Both the position numbers and the translations under genes were made by a program. DNA of 64,000 nucleotides from an uncultured Solirubrobacterales bacterium (GTDB lineage Bacteria > Actinomycetota > Thermoleophilia > Solirubrobacterales > 70-9): assembly GCA_963703585.1 (NCBI GenBank), contig CAVPEX010000040.1, forward strand, positions 33,945 to 97,944. Direction: 5' to 3'. The notes under the pieces were generated by a model that was not told where the DNA came from, did not search any database, and was given only the letters and a program-made list of their open reading frames with translations. Below are positions 1 to 8,793 of the stretch, piece after piece; the stretch's first letter is position 1, and the number at the start of each line of letters is the position of its first letter.

Positions 1-338
1 CCGGCTGGGCGAGCTGGTTCCAGGACTACCCGCACCCCAACGACTTCTTCCAGCCGCTGCTCGACGAAGCGAGCATCTCGCCGACCGAAGCCACCAACCT
101 CGCCCGCTTCGCCGACCCCGCCCTCAGCGCCAAGATCGAGCGGCTCGCCGAACAGCCGCTGGGCCCCGAGCAGGAAGCCGAATACGCGGCGCTCGACCGC
201 GAATTCATGGAACAGGCGCCGTGGGTCCCCTACGGCACCAGCACGATCCCGACCTTCGTCTCCAGCGCCGTCGACCTCGACCAGGTCATCTTCAACCCGA
301 CCTTCAGCCAGGACCTGACCAGCTTCCGGTTCAGGTAG
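1..338 (+). CDS. ABC transporter substrate-binding protein (family 5, peptide/nickel type), C-terminal fragment entering from the window edge
   Basis: Frame 3 is open from the left edge to TAG at 336-338. The translation ...WFQDYPHPNDFFQPLL...QAPWVPYGT...IFNPTFSQDLTSFRFR looks like the C-terminus of family-5 solute-binding proteins. It is missing from the ORF track because it has no start. Confidence 0.6.
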   Translation, partial: GWASWFQDYPHPNDFFQPLLDEASISPTEATNLARFADPALSAKIERLAEQPLGPEQEAEYAALDREFMEQAPWVPYGTSTIPTFVSSAVDLDQVIFNPTFSQDLTSFRFR

Positions 339-443
339 GGCGCGCCCTTCCGGCAGCGGGAACCGCGATGTAGGCTTCGCCACCGTGAAGACGCTCCCCC
401 GCGCGGTCGCCGCCGCCCAGGCGGCCGAACCGGAAACGAGCGA

Positions 444-1082
444 GTGCGCCGGCCTGGCCAACTGCACCTCGATCCCGAACACGCCGTGGTCGTGGTCCCG
501 GCCGCCACGCTGGGCTTCACCAACCAGAGCCAGGGAGTGATCGAACCCGGGACCGTGCTGTGGCGGGTCGACTGCGCGGCCTCCAAGGTCCCCGCCGGCC
601 GCGACTACGTCGCCTCGAAGCCCGGGCGGGTGCTGATCGTCACCGCTTTCATTCCTCCTTTCAACATCGGCCTCACCGGCATCCCCTCCGCCAACTTCTT
701 CTCCGTCTGGGAAGGCGAAGCGCCGACCAGCTTCCAGCCGCTGGTCGGCTGCATCCCGAAGGCGGCGAGTGCTTCCGCCGCAACCGGCTCGACCAGCCGG
801 TTGCGACAGCGCACCTTCACCCACGCCCTTCATGCCGGCCAGACCAAGACCTTCGCGCACGGCTGCGCCAAGGGGGAGCGGCTCGCCAGCTCGGAGCATG
901 GCGTCGGCTTCTACCGGGACTCGCCCCCCACCGAGGCGGAGCTGAAGAGCCTGCGGGTGACGCGCAGGAACAAGGGGGGCCGGGTCGTCGTGCGGGTGCG
1001 GACCGGGCGGATGGTCGGCGACGACGAGCGCGCGGAGATCCAGATCCACGCCCTCTGCGGCCCTGTCTCGAAGTCCCGGTAG
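444..1082 (+). CDS. hypothetical protein
   Basis: 212-aa ORF with a GTG start, GC-rich third codon positions and unbiased composition. No domain recognised. The frame is open from 339, so the start is uncertain. Confidence 0.45.
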   Translation: MRRPGQLHLDPEHAVVVVPAATLGFTNQSQGVIEPGTVLWRVDCAASKVPAGRDYVASKPGRVLIVTAFIPPFNIGLTGIPSANFFSVWEGEAPTSFQPLVGCIPKAASASAATGSTSRLRQRTFTHALHAGQTKTFAHGCAKGERLASSEHGVGFYRDSPPTEAELKSLRVTRRNKGGRVVVRVRTGRMVGDDERAEIQIHALCGPVSKSR

Positions 1083-1112
1083 CCGGCCGCGAAGGCGCAT
1101 AGGCTGCGTCGT

Positions 1113-1838
1113 GTGACGGATCCGGGTCGCTCGTCGCGCAGGCGCTTCCTCGCCAGGGTCGGCGGGGTCGCCGGCGCCGCGGCGCTGGGCGCGGCGGGGG
1201 CGGCCGAGGCGCTGAAGCCCAGCGGCGGCCGGGCGCCGCACCCGAAGACCCCGACCGAGGCGCTGCGCCTGCTGCAGGCGGGCAACTGGCGCTACCGCCA
1301 CGAAAAGCTGCAGCTGCGCGACTACTCGCCGGTGGGGGAGCGCCGCGCCGCCGAACAGAAGCCGTTCGCGGCGATCGTCACCTGCGCCGACTCGCGGGTC
1401 TCGCCGGAGCTGGTCTTCGACGTCGAACGCGGCAACCTCTTCGTCTCGCGGATCGCCGGCAACAGCATCGACACCGGCACCCTGGGGAGCACCGAGTACG
1501 CGGTCGCGGTGCTGGGGGTGAAGCTGGTGATGGTGCTCGGCCACAGCGACTGCGGCGCGATCAAGTCGGCGATCGAGGTGGTCAGCAACGGCAAGACCTA
1601 CCCGCCCTCGAAGTACGGCGCGATCGGTGAGGTGATCGATCCCCTGGTCCCGATCGTCGAGTCGCTGCCGGCGGATGAGCGCAACCTCCCCCGCTGCGTC
1701 CCCGCCAACGCGATCGCCCAGGCGGGCCAGCTAGCCGCCCGCGGCCCGATCGTCGGCCCGGAAATCGCGGCGGGGAACCTGCGCGTCGCCGCCGCCGTCT
1801 ACAACATCGCCAACGGCGCGGTCTCGGTCGTCCGCTAG
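1113..1838 (+). CDS. beta-class carbonic anhydrase with a twin-arginine (Tat) signal peptide
   Basis: 241-aa ORF. N-terminal SRRRFL followed by an Ala-rich hydrophobic region. Beta-CA zinc-ligand motifs CADSR and HSDCGA are present. Confidence 0.9.
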   Translation: MTDPGRSSRRRFLARVGGVAGAAALGAAGAAEALKPSGGRAPHPKTPTEALRLLQAGNWRYRHEKLQLRDYSPVGERRAAEQKPFAAIVTCADSRVSPELVFDVERGNLFVSRIAGNSIDTGTLGSTEYAVAVLGVKLVMVLGHSDCGAIKSAIEVVSNGKTYPPSKYGAIGEVIDPLVPIVESLPADERNLPRCVPANAIAQAGQLAARGPIVGPEIAAGNLRVAAAVYNIANGAVSVVR

Positions 1839-1839
1839 C

Positions 1840-3780
1840 CCGAAGTTACCCCCAGCCGCCGGCCCGGATCTGGCTTGAGAGATGAGAATCGGCGCCGCGG
1901 CGCCTGTCTCGCTCGTGTCTACGCCTGCTTGGGGATCGACTCGACCAGCTCCAGGGCCCGGGCCTGCACCGGGTTGGGCTCGGAAAGCCGCTCGAAGGTT
2001 GCCGTGGACTCGCCGACGCGGACCGTGTTGAGGGTCCGCAGCGAGAGCTCGGCGACCAGGCTCTCGAAGGAGTGGGGCGCCTCGCCGCGGGCGGTGCGCT
2101 TGCGGCGCGCCTTCGCGGTAGCGGCGCCCGAGCGCTTCGCCTTGGCGACCGGGTCGGCCTGCTCGGGCGGGCACTCGTCGCGGAAGGTGAGCTCCGCCCA
2201 GGCCTCGCGCAAATGCCACTCCAGGTAGTAGGAGAGCATGCAGAGGAAGAGATGGGCGCGGACCCGGTCCTCCAACCGGTGGTGGATCGGGCGCACCTCC
2301 AGCGGCCCCTTCAGGGTGCGGAAGGCGCGCTCGGCCCACTTCAGCTGCTTGTAGGAGCGGACCACGCCGGGGGCGTCGAGGCGCTCCTCGGCGACCGAGG
2401 TGCGCAGCACGTAGATCCCGTCGAGCGCCGCCTCGGCGGCGATCTGCTCGCCTTTGCGCGCGTAGGCGAAGGAAGCGTCGGCGATCGTCACCTCGAAGTG
2501 CTTCTTGACGCGGTAGCGCTTCAAGGCCGGGCCGGCCGCGAGGCCGATCTCGGCCGCCCCCCGCAGCGTCCCCGCCTCCACCCGCTCGCGGATCTCGCCG
2601 CAGCCCGCGCTCGGTGGCGGCGAGCAGCTCGGAGCGCTTGCGCGCGCGCTCCTGCGCGAGGAGCGGGTTGCGGCAGACCACCAGCCGCTCCCCGGGGAAG
2701 GCCTCGGAGGAGATCTCGGCGAGGTTGGTCTCGTCGAAGAGGCTGAGCTGCAGGTCGCCGTCCTTGACCAGCTTCTTCACCTGCGGCGCCTTCAGCGCCG
2801 TGATCCACGACGCCCCCTCGGTCTCGCCCAGCGCCTCCAGGTTGGCCTTGGTCGCCATCCCGCGGTCGCAGACGAGGACCGCCTCGGCGAGCCCGAAGCG
2901 CCGCTTGAGCTTCTCGATCTGGGCCGGCAGCGTCGCGGCGTCGCGGGTGGAGCCCGCGAAGGCCTCGATCGCGATCGGGCGGCCCGCGGGATCGCAGAGC
3001 AGCCCGTAGGTGACCTGCAGCGTGCCGCGCCGCCCGTCGCGCGAGTAGCCGCGCGAGGCGAGCGGGCACGTCCTTCCCTCGAAGTAGGAGGAGCTGAGGT
3101 CGTAGAGGGCGTGGGTGCCATCGGCGAGGTGGCGGGCGGCGAGGCGCTCCTCGATCTTCTCCTGGCGCTCCCCCAGCCAGTCCATCGCCGCGTAGAGGTC
3201 GTCCTGATCGGCGCCCTCCACCCCCAGCTCGGCGGCGAGCGTCGACTGGCGAAGCGAGCGCGCGGTGGCGAGCTTGGAGGCGGGCCGAAGGACTCGTTGG
3301 CAGATCATCGCCAGGCAGAGCTCGCGCTGCTTCGACGGGGAGCGGTCGAGCAGGCGGGCGAGGCCGAGGCGACGCGCGGCGCCCAGCACCGCGCAGACGT
3401 GGCCGGCGGGCAGCGAAGCGGCGATCGAGACCTCCCCGGCGCCCACGAGCGCCTCGCCGGCGAGCGCCGCCCGCAGCGCCTCGATCGCCTCCGGCGGCAG
3501 CTTCGAGACGTTGGCGATCGTCTCGTGGCGCACGCGCTTGCCCTCGCGGATCGAGCGGCGGATCAGGTGCGAGGTGTAGACGCGGTCGCCGTGGCGGCGC
3601 TCGATCTTGGCCACGTGCATCGCGCCTGACTTTCCCTTCATAGAGGCATTATTCACCATCCATCGGACGGGACGACGGCCATACTCTTGGCTACACTTGA
3701 CCGCCTAAGAAGACCCCGAATCCCGCATGGCGAGTGGGATCGGGGTCGATCAGCGGGCCGTTATTCGGGGTAACTTCGGA
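1840..3780 (-). mobile_element. IS1634-family (IS4 superfamily) insertion sequence, about 1.94 kb
   Basis: Terminal inverted repeats CCGAAGTTACCCC (1840-1852) and GGGGTAACTTCGG (3767-3779), with partial matches further inward (CGGCCCG...GATC). They bracket a single transposase gene. The left end abuts the carbonic anhydrase stop (1836-1838). No target-site duplication was recognised. Confidence 0.75.
1919..3659 (-). pseudogene. IS1634-family DDE transposase, one frameshift
   Basis: ORFs 3659 down to ~2600 and 2581 down to 1919 together give a full-length transposase (...YKQLKWAERAFRTLKGPLEVRPIHHRLEDRVRAHLFLCMLSYYLEWHLR...). The frames join at ...ELLAATERGL / EIRERVEAGTLRG, which implies a 1-nt indel near 2596-2603. 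Confidence 0.8.
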
Positions 3781-3949
3781 ATAAGGCCCCGGGGCCTCTC
3801 GGTCGCTCACCGGACGAGCTGCGGCTGGAGCTCGAGATCGGCGAAATCGACACCACCTGGGTCGTCTACGGGACGACCAAGCGGTTCCGGGGCGAGGTGA
3901 TCGGGATCCCCTCGCCCGAGGTCTTCCGGCAGAGCGCTCGAGCGCTCTC

Positions 3950-3977
3950 TTGATGGACAGGTACTTCTGTCTATAGT
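3950..3977 (+). promoter_or_regulatory. sigma-70-like promoter candidate for GNAT copy 1 (TTGATG-16 nt-TATAGT)
   Basis: -35 TTGATG at 3950-3955 and -10 TATAGT at 3972-3977. The whole block cttgatNNNcaggNacttctgtctatagtc is conserved at 6258-6289 upstream of the paralog. A GGGAGG Shine-Dalgarno precedes the ATG. Confidence 0.45.
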
Positions 3978-4018
3978 CAAGGGCTCGGGAAGGCCTCGAG
4001 ACGAGTCTGGGAGGCGCG

Positions 4019-4853
4019 ATGGGATGTGACGTTGCTCTGTTGGAGCGGGCCGAGCTCCGCTTTCGCGGCGATATCTGGAGGACCGCGCCGACAGACGCAG
4101 TCCTCGAGGCCGGCGTGCAGATGCGGCAGTTCGGGCCGGTCCTGGTCACCGTCTTCGCGGACCTTCCGGACGTCGCCGCGATGAACGCGGTCCAGGGCGC
4201 GGCGGAACCGGGGGCGGTTGCGGGCGGACACCTGGTCGAGGCGATCGACTGGACGCGGGAGTGGGAGGTCGACTACATCGTTCCCGTGGCCTCGAAGCGC
4301 CCGGAAACGGGGCCGGCGGAGGCGTGGCTCGCCGCGAACGGCTACGAGCAGAGCGGGATCGTGCGCAAGTACATCCGGCCGGCCTCTCCGCCGGGCTGGC
4401 AGGACCCGCCGGAGATCGAGGTCCGCAAGCTTGCGCCGCGCGAGACGGAAGGGATGAGCTACCTCGCGGTCGAATGCCTGGGGCTGCCCGACATGGTCGG
4501 GTTCCTCTTCTGCGACCTGCCGGAACTGGAGGGCTGGCATTGCTACGTCGCCCTCCTGGACGGCGTCGAGGTCGCCTGCGGCTCGATGCTGATCGCCGAC
4601 GGCATCGCGACGCTCGGGGTCGACGCCACGGCCGAGCACGCCCGCGGCCAGCGGCTGCAACGGCGCGCTGCTGGCACGCCGCCTCGAGGACGCCGCGGCG
4701 GCGGGCTGTCACACGGTGATGGCGGAGGCCTGCGACGCCCCGGGCAACGGGCCCTCGGCGGCGGCGCGCAACCTCCACCGGACCGGCTTCGTCGAGGCCA
4801 GCCACAGCGTCACCTGGCGCTACCCGGTCGGCATTTCCGAGTTAGCCGGATAG
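4019..4853 (+). pseudogene. GNAT family N-acetyltransferase, paralog 1, frameshifted
   Basis: Colinear with the intact paralog at 6327-7160 up to ...GVDATAEHARG. Relative to the paralog there is an extra A at 4650, which shifts the frame. In the corrected frame the protein continues RGCNGALLARRLEDAAAAGCHTVMAEAC...GISELAG to TAG at 851-853 of the 4800 line (4851-4853). Confidence 0.75.
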
Positions 4854-4868
4854 ATATTCCGAGTTAGC
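4835..4868 (+). repeat. 12-bp perfect direct repeat TTCCGAGTTAGC x2, 22 bp apart
   Basis: Copies at 4835-4846 (inside the last codons of GNAT copy 1) and 4857-4868 (just after its stop). They lie between the GNAT 3' end and the 3' end of the ATPase gene. Confidence 0.6.
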
Positions 4869-4890
4869 AGCGCTCGCGTCGTGGCGACGC

Positions 4891-6124
4891 TCAGGAGGGG
4901 GCCCACAGGGCGCCGATCGGAACCGCCCAGAGGCGGTCGCCCGACGGGAGCGTCCGCTCGCCGGGATGGACGACGGCGCCCGCGAGGAACCGATCTCCCG
5001 CCGCATCCCTCAGCATCTCCAAGCCTCTCCTGTCGGCGCCTGCCGACGACACCTTGGCCTTGACCTCGATCGCCGCGACCCGGCCCGAGCGATCCTCGGG
5101 CACGAGGTCCACCTCAGCGCCGCGCCGATCGCGAAAGTGGTAGACGCGCGGGGCGGCTGCGCTCCAGCTCGCGTGCTTGACGATCTCCATTGCGACGAAG
5201 GTCTCCAGCGCCGGCCCCGTAACCCTGTCGTCATTGGCGATCCGCTGCTCGTCGGCGCCAAGCAGGTGCGCCAGCAGGCCGCCATCGCTGATGTAGACCT
5301 TGGGTGCGTGCAACACGCGTTGAAGGAATCCCGGTCTCCAGGCGGGAACGACGCAGACGAGGAAGATCGCCTCCAGCAGGCCGACGTAACCTTTGACCGT
5401 CTTCTCGTCGAGCCGAAGCTCGCCAGCGAGGTTGGAGTAGCGCAGCAGGTTGGCTGAGCGGCTTGCCAGGGCCGCAAGCAGCCGCGGCATCTCGCTCTCC
5501 TTCTGGAGGTCTGCGATGGCTCTCAGGTCGCGCTCGAGCGTCGTGGTGAGGTAGCCGGCGAACCAGCGCTCGCACCGGCGCCCCTCGCGCAGGCGCGCCT
5601 CGGGATAGCCACCCGCGGCGACGCGCGAGGCGAAGGCCCCGCCCGATCGGTGCGCCCACGACACGGGGGGGCGAGCCTCCAAAGAGGGTGTCCACGAGGT
5701 TGGCACGAGTGCCCTCGATCTCCGTCTGCGCGAGACCCGGCAGATGAACGAGCTCGATCCTTCCGGTCAGCGCCTCGTGCACCTTGCGTGAGCTCAGGAT
5801 GTTGGCGGAGCCGGTCAGCAGGAACTGTCCTGGCCGGGTGTCGCGATCGACCGCTTGCTCGATCGCCAGGATCAACTCGGGTGCGCGCTGAACCTCGTCA
5901 AGAAGGACGGGAGTGCCGAAGCCGGCGAGAAAGCCGCGCGGATCCGAGAGGGCAGCTTGTCGTACCGCCTGGTCGTCGAGACTGACGACGACAGCTGGGT
6001 GGTCTTCGGTGGCGATCGTCTCACAAAGCGTGCTCTTTCCCACCTGGCGAGCGCCCATCACCATCGCGACACGGGTGTCTTTCAGGGCTTCGACGACAAG
6101 GGGTCGAGCATTGCGCTCGATCAC
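4891..6124 (-). pseudogene. AAA-family ATPase with C-terminal DUF4143-like domain, frameshift in a homopolymer
   Basis: N-terminal ORF 6124 down to ~5670 carries a Walker A motif (GARQVGKST) and ...LLTGSANIL.... The C-terminal ORF (5706 down to 4891) continues ...GGYPEARL...LLRYSNLAGEL...VYISDGGLLAHL...EVDLV.... The frames join at LFGGSPP / VSWAHRSG inside a run of seven G at 5665-5671. Codon third positions look less GC-rich than in neighbouring genes. Confidence 0.75.
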
Positions 6125-6155
6125 AGCAAGACCGACAGCCGGCGCCCATGCGGGG

Positions 6156-6243
6156 CGGTTCCGGAATCAAGAGTTGGCATTTCCGGAAAGCGCATAGGAC
6201 AAATCCGGAAGGTTTGGGTGGCAGATCCGGAAAAGTGCTGCGA
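6156..6243. repeat. array of four 22-bp direct repeats (iterons), each with a TCCGGA palindromic core
   Basis: TCCGGA at 6160-6165, 6182-6187, 6204-6209 and 6226-6231, spaced exactly 22 bp. Units: cggtTCCGGAatcaagagttgg / cattTCCGGAaagcgcatagga / caaaTCCGGAaggtttgggtgg / cagaTCCGGAaaagtgctgcga. The array lies between the ATPase start (6124, minus strand) and the GNAT-2 promoter. Confidence 0.8.
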
Positions 6244-6259
6244 CCACTCAGGCGCTCCC

Positions 6260-6287
6260 TTGATACGCAGGGACTTCTGTCTATAGT
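6260..6287 (+). promoter_or_regulatory. sigma-70-like promoter candidate for GNAT copy 2 (TTGATA-16 nt-TATAGT)
   Basis: -35 at 6260-6265 and -10 at 6282-6287. Same conserved block as at 3950-3977. Confidence 0.45.
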
Positions 6288-6326
6288 CTGGGGCTCTGGG
6301 AAAAGTCCGACCACTGGGAGGCGCCA

Positions 6327-7160
6327 ATGGTTTGTGACGTTGCAGGATTGGAGCGGGCCGAGTGCCGCTTCCGCGCCGACATCTGGAGGGCCGCGCCGAT
6401 AGATGCGGTGATCGAGGCGGGCGTCCAGATGCAATGGTTCGGGCCGCTGCTGGCGACGGTGTTCGCCGATCTACCCGAGATCGCCGGCCTGAACGTGATT
6501 CAGGGCGCGGCGGAGCCGGGGGCGCTCGGGGACGGGCACCTCCGCGAGGCGATCGAGTGGACGAGAGAGTGGGAAGTCGACTACGTCGTTCCGGTGGCGT
6601 CAGACCGCCCCGACACCGAGCGGGCGGAGGCGTGGCTCGCGGGGCAGGGCTACGAGCAGGGCGGAGTCGTGCGGAAGTATGTTCGCGGGGCGTCGCGCCC
6701 GAGCTGGCGGGACGCGCCGGGCGTCGAGGTTCACAAGCTTGCGCCGCGCGAGACGGAAGGGATGAGCTACCTCGCCGCTGAGAGCCTGGGGCTTCCCGAC
6801 AGCGTCGGGTTCCTCTTCTGCGACCTGCCGGAACTGCCGAACTGGCACTGCTATGTCGCCCAGTTGGACGGCCTCGAGGTCGCCTGCGGCTCGATGCTGC
6901 TCGTCGACGGGATCGCGATCCTGGGCCTCGACGCCACCGCCGAGCAGGCCCGTGGCCGCGGCTGCCACAGCGCGCTCCTGGCGCGCCGCCTCGAGGACGC
7001 CGCCAAGGCCGGCTGCCACACGGTGCTGGCCGAGGCCTGCGACGAACCCGGGAACGGTGGCCTGGCGGCGGTTCGGAACCTGCACCGGGCGGGCTTCGTG
7101 GAAGCAGGGCGCAGCGTCACCTGGCGGCGGCCGGTCGGCATCTCCGAGTTCGCTGGATAG
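6327..7160 (+). CDS. GNAT family N-acetyltransferase, paralog 2 (intact)
   Basis: 277-aa ORF. The C-terminal half has an acetyl-CoA-binding-type motif (QARGRGCHSALLARRLEDAAKAGC) and NLHRAGFVE. About three quarters of residues match copy 1 by eye. Confidence 0.85.
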   Translation: MVCDVAGLERAECRFRADIWRAAPIDAVIEAGVQMQWFGPLLATVFADLPEIAGLNVIQGAAEPGALGDGHLREAIEWTREWEVDYVVPVASDRPDTERAEAWLAGQGYEQGGVVRKYVRGASRPSWRDAPGVEVHKLAPRETEGMSYLAAESLGLPDSVGFLFCDLPELPNWHCYVAQLDGLEVACGSMLLVDGIAILGLDATAEQARGRGCHSALLARRLEDAAKAGCHTVLAEACDEPGNGGLAAVRNLHRAGFVEAGRSVTWRRPVGISEFAG

Positions 7161-7169
7161 CGCGATCCG

Positions 7170-7406
7170 CAGCGGCCGGCACCAGTTCGAGCTCGGTCCC
7201 GAGACCGGGCCGGCCCAGTAGACGGGCTGCGCAAGGGCCGCGGCCGCGTCGACCAGCTCGGATTCGGAGACGACGCGTTCGGTTTCCGGCGCCGGGGCCG
7301 AGGAGTCGTCGTCCCCGCGCGTCGCCGGCCAGGCGACCAGGCCGACGACGACCGCCACCGCGATCACCGCGCCGCGAAGAGCGAGATTCCCACCCCCCTC
7401 GGTCAT
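7170..7406 (-). pseudogene. 5' remnant of a membrane-anchored protein gene, truncated at the GNAT block
   Basis: The N-terminus MTEGGGNLALRGAVIAVAVVVGLVAWPATRGDDDSSAPAPETERVVSESELVDAAAALAQPVYWAGP... looks coding. After ~7200 the frame degenerates and runs into the 3' end of GNAT copy 2. No plausible C-terminal part is present. Confidence 0.4.
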
Positions 7407-7459
7407 GCTCCCCCTCCCCGCCGGTTCCCCGAGCTCGTCACATATGCATCAGCGCCGGG

Positions 7460-8245
7460 TCAGCCACGGGCGACGCGGCAGGTGGCGGCTTGGGACATGG
7501 TCAGCTGCTGGCCGTTGTCGAAGCCGTAGGTGGCGCGGGCGAAGGGGAAGAGGGCGCTGTCGAAGCCGGCGGGGGCTTCGCAGGCGGCGGAGACGTAGGA
7601 GCGGCGGGTGCCGCGGTAGGTGTAGGTGCGGTGGAGGGTCATGTCGAAGTGGGTGATGTAGGCCCATTCGCGCGTCTCCGGCGGGAGCGTGGTGGCGAGG
7701 ACGGTCCCGAAAGTGCCGCGGCGGCGGTCGACGTGGAAGGTGAGGATGAAGGCGCCGGGGGGCTGGCGGGCGTAGGCCTGGGCGAGGATCAGCTTGCCGC
7801 CGCCGGCACGGGGGCCGTTGAAGGCGAGGATCTTGGCCCTGACCGGGAAGGGCAGCTGCGAGGGGATGCGGACCTGGACGGTGACGTGGCCGCTGCCGAC
7901 GATGGCGCCGCGGCAGATCCGGCGGGCGTCCCTTTCGGAGGCGGGCGCGATCGACTCGGCGCGGCAGACGGGGAGGCCGCGGTCGAAGAGCCGCCCGCCG
8001 CGGTTGATCCCGACCGTGATCCGCCGCAGCTGCGGCAGCCGGTCGGTCTCGCCGGAGGCGCTCCTGACGTTGCCGGCGACCCGCACAGCGACCGGGGCGA
8101 GCGCGTCGCGCGGCAGCCTGGTCGGGCGCAGGCCGCCGTCGAAGGTGGCGACGAGGTCGCCGTCCTGGTTCTGCACCGCCCAGGCGGGCGCCCCCGCGAT
8201 CAGCAGGAGCGCCACCGCCGCCGCCAGGAGCCTCGCCGGTCTCAA
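7460..8245 (-). CDS. secreted hypothetical protein
   Basis: 261-aa ORF with signal peptide MRPARLLAAAVALLLIAGAPAWA. Balanced composition with several Cys. No domain recognised. Confidence 0.75.
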   Translation of the reverse strand: MRPARLLAAAVALLLIAGAPAWAVQNQDGDLVATFDGGLRPTRLPRDALAPVAVRVAGNVRSASGETDRLPQLRRITVGINRGGRLFDRGLPVCRAESIAPASERDARRICRGAIVGSGHVTVQVRIPSQLPFPVRAKILAFNGPRAGGGKLILAQAYARQPPGAFILTFHVDRRRGTFGTVLATTLPPETREWAYITHFDMTLHRTYTYRGTRRSYVSAACEAPAGFDSALFPFARATYGFDNGQQLTMSQAATCRVARG

Positions 8246-8258
8246 CTCGGCCGCGGCC

Positions 8259-8750
8259 TCACCCGAACCGCGACGGCTCGATGCGGCAGTAGTCGAAGCC
8301 GAAGGCGAGGACGGTGTTGTTGGCCTTGTTGGAGTTGCGGTTCAGCTCGACCGAGAACGATTCCGCCCTGTGCTTCTGTTCGGCGGCGAGGGCGCGGCCG
8401 ATCTTTTCGACGATCGCCTTCTCGTCGCCGAGGATGTCCAGCCAGGTGCCGAGCCTGGCCTCGTATTCGGGCGGCCGGGGGACGGCGGCGAGCTGGCGGA
8501 TCGTCTTCCCGAAGGCGCTGGCGGCGCGGGCGAAGTGCCTGGACGCGAGCTTCAGCCTGCCTTCCTTCACCTCCTGCTTGGCTCCCTTGAAGATCCGCTT
8601 GTTGGCGAGCACGTTGGTCTTGCAGATCGGCTCCGCCCGTTCGACGTATTCGTCGATGGTCCCCGGCGCTTCGGCGGCGCCGGCGAGCGGCACCGCGATG
8701 ACGGCCGCGGCCAGCAGCCCCGCCCAGATTCCCTGCCTCCCTTTGCGCAT
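8259..8750 (-). CDS. secreted hypothetical protein
   Basis: 163-aa ORF with signal peptide (...GLLAAAVIAVPLAGAAEA). The mature part looks helical. It lies immediately downstream of the MMPL gene on the same strand. Confidence 0.75.
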   Translation of the reverse strand: MRKGRQGIWAGLLAAAVIAVPLAGAAEAPGTIDEYVERAEPICKTNVLANKRIFKGAKQEVKEGRLKLASRHFARAASAFGKTIRQLAAVPRPPEYEARLGTWLDILGDEKAIVEKIGRALAAEQKHRAESFSVELNRNSNKANNTVLAFGFDYCRIEPSRFG

Positions 8751-8793
8751 CTACTCCATCTCCCCTCGGTACGTATACGTTCTCACAACACGC

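Noticed and set aside
3774-3953. Start-less ORF tail (…EIDTTWVVYGTTKRFRGEVIGIPSPEVFRQSARALS*), considered as a real gene.
   Set aside because: There is no start codon and no 5' part, and it overlaps the GNAT-1 promoter candidate. I treated it as a possible gene remnant only.
7405-7667. Arg/Gly/Cys-repeat ORFs (RRGRGRCRSRR...) that look like a repetitive peptide or tandem repeat.
   Set aside because: They are antisense or shifted readings of the 3' end of the secreted-protein gene 7460-8245. No underlying DNA tandem repeat is present.
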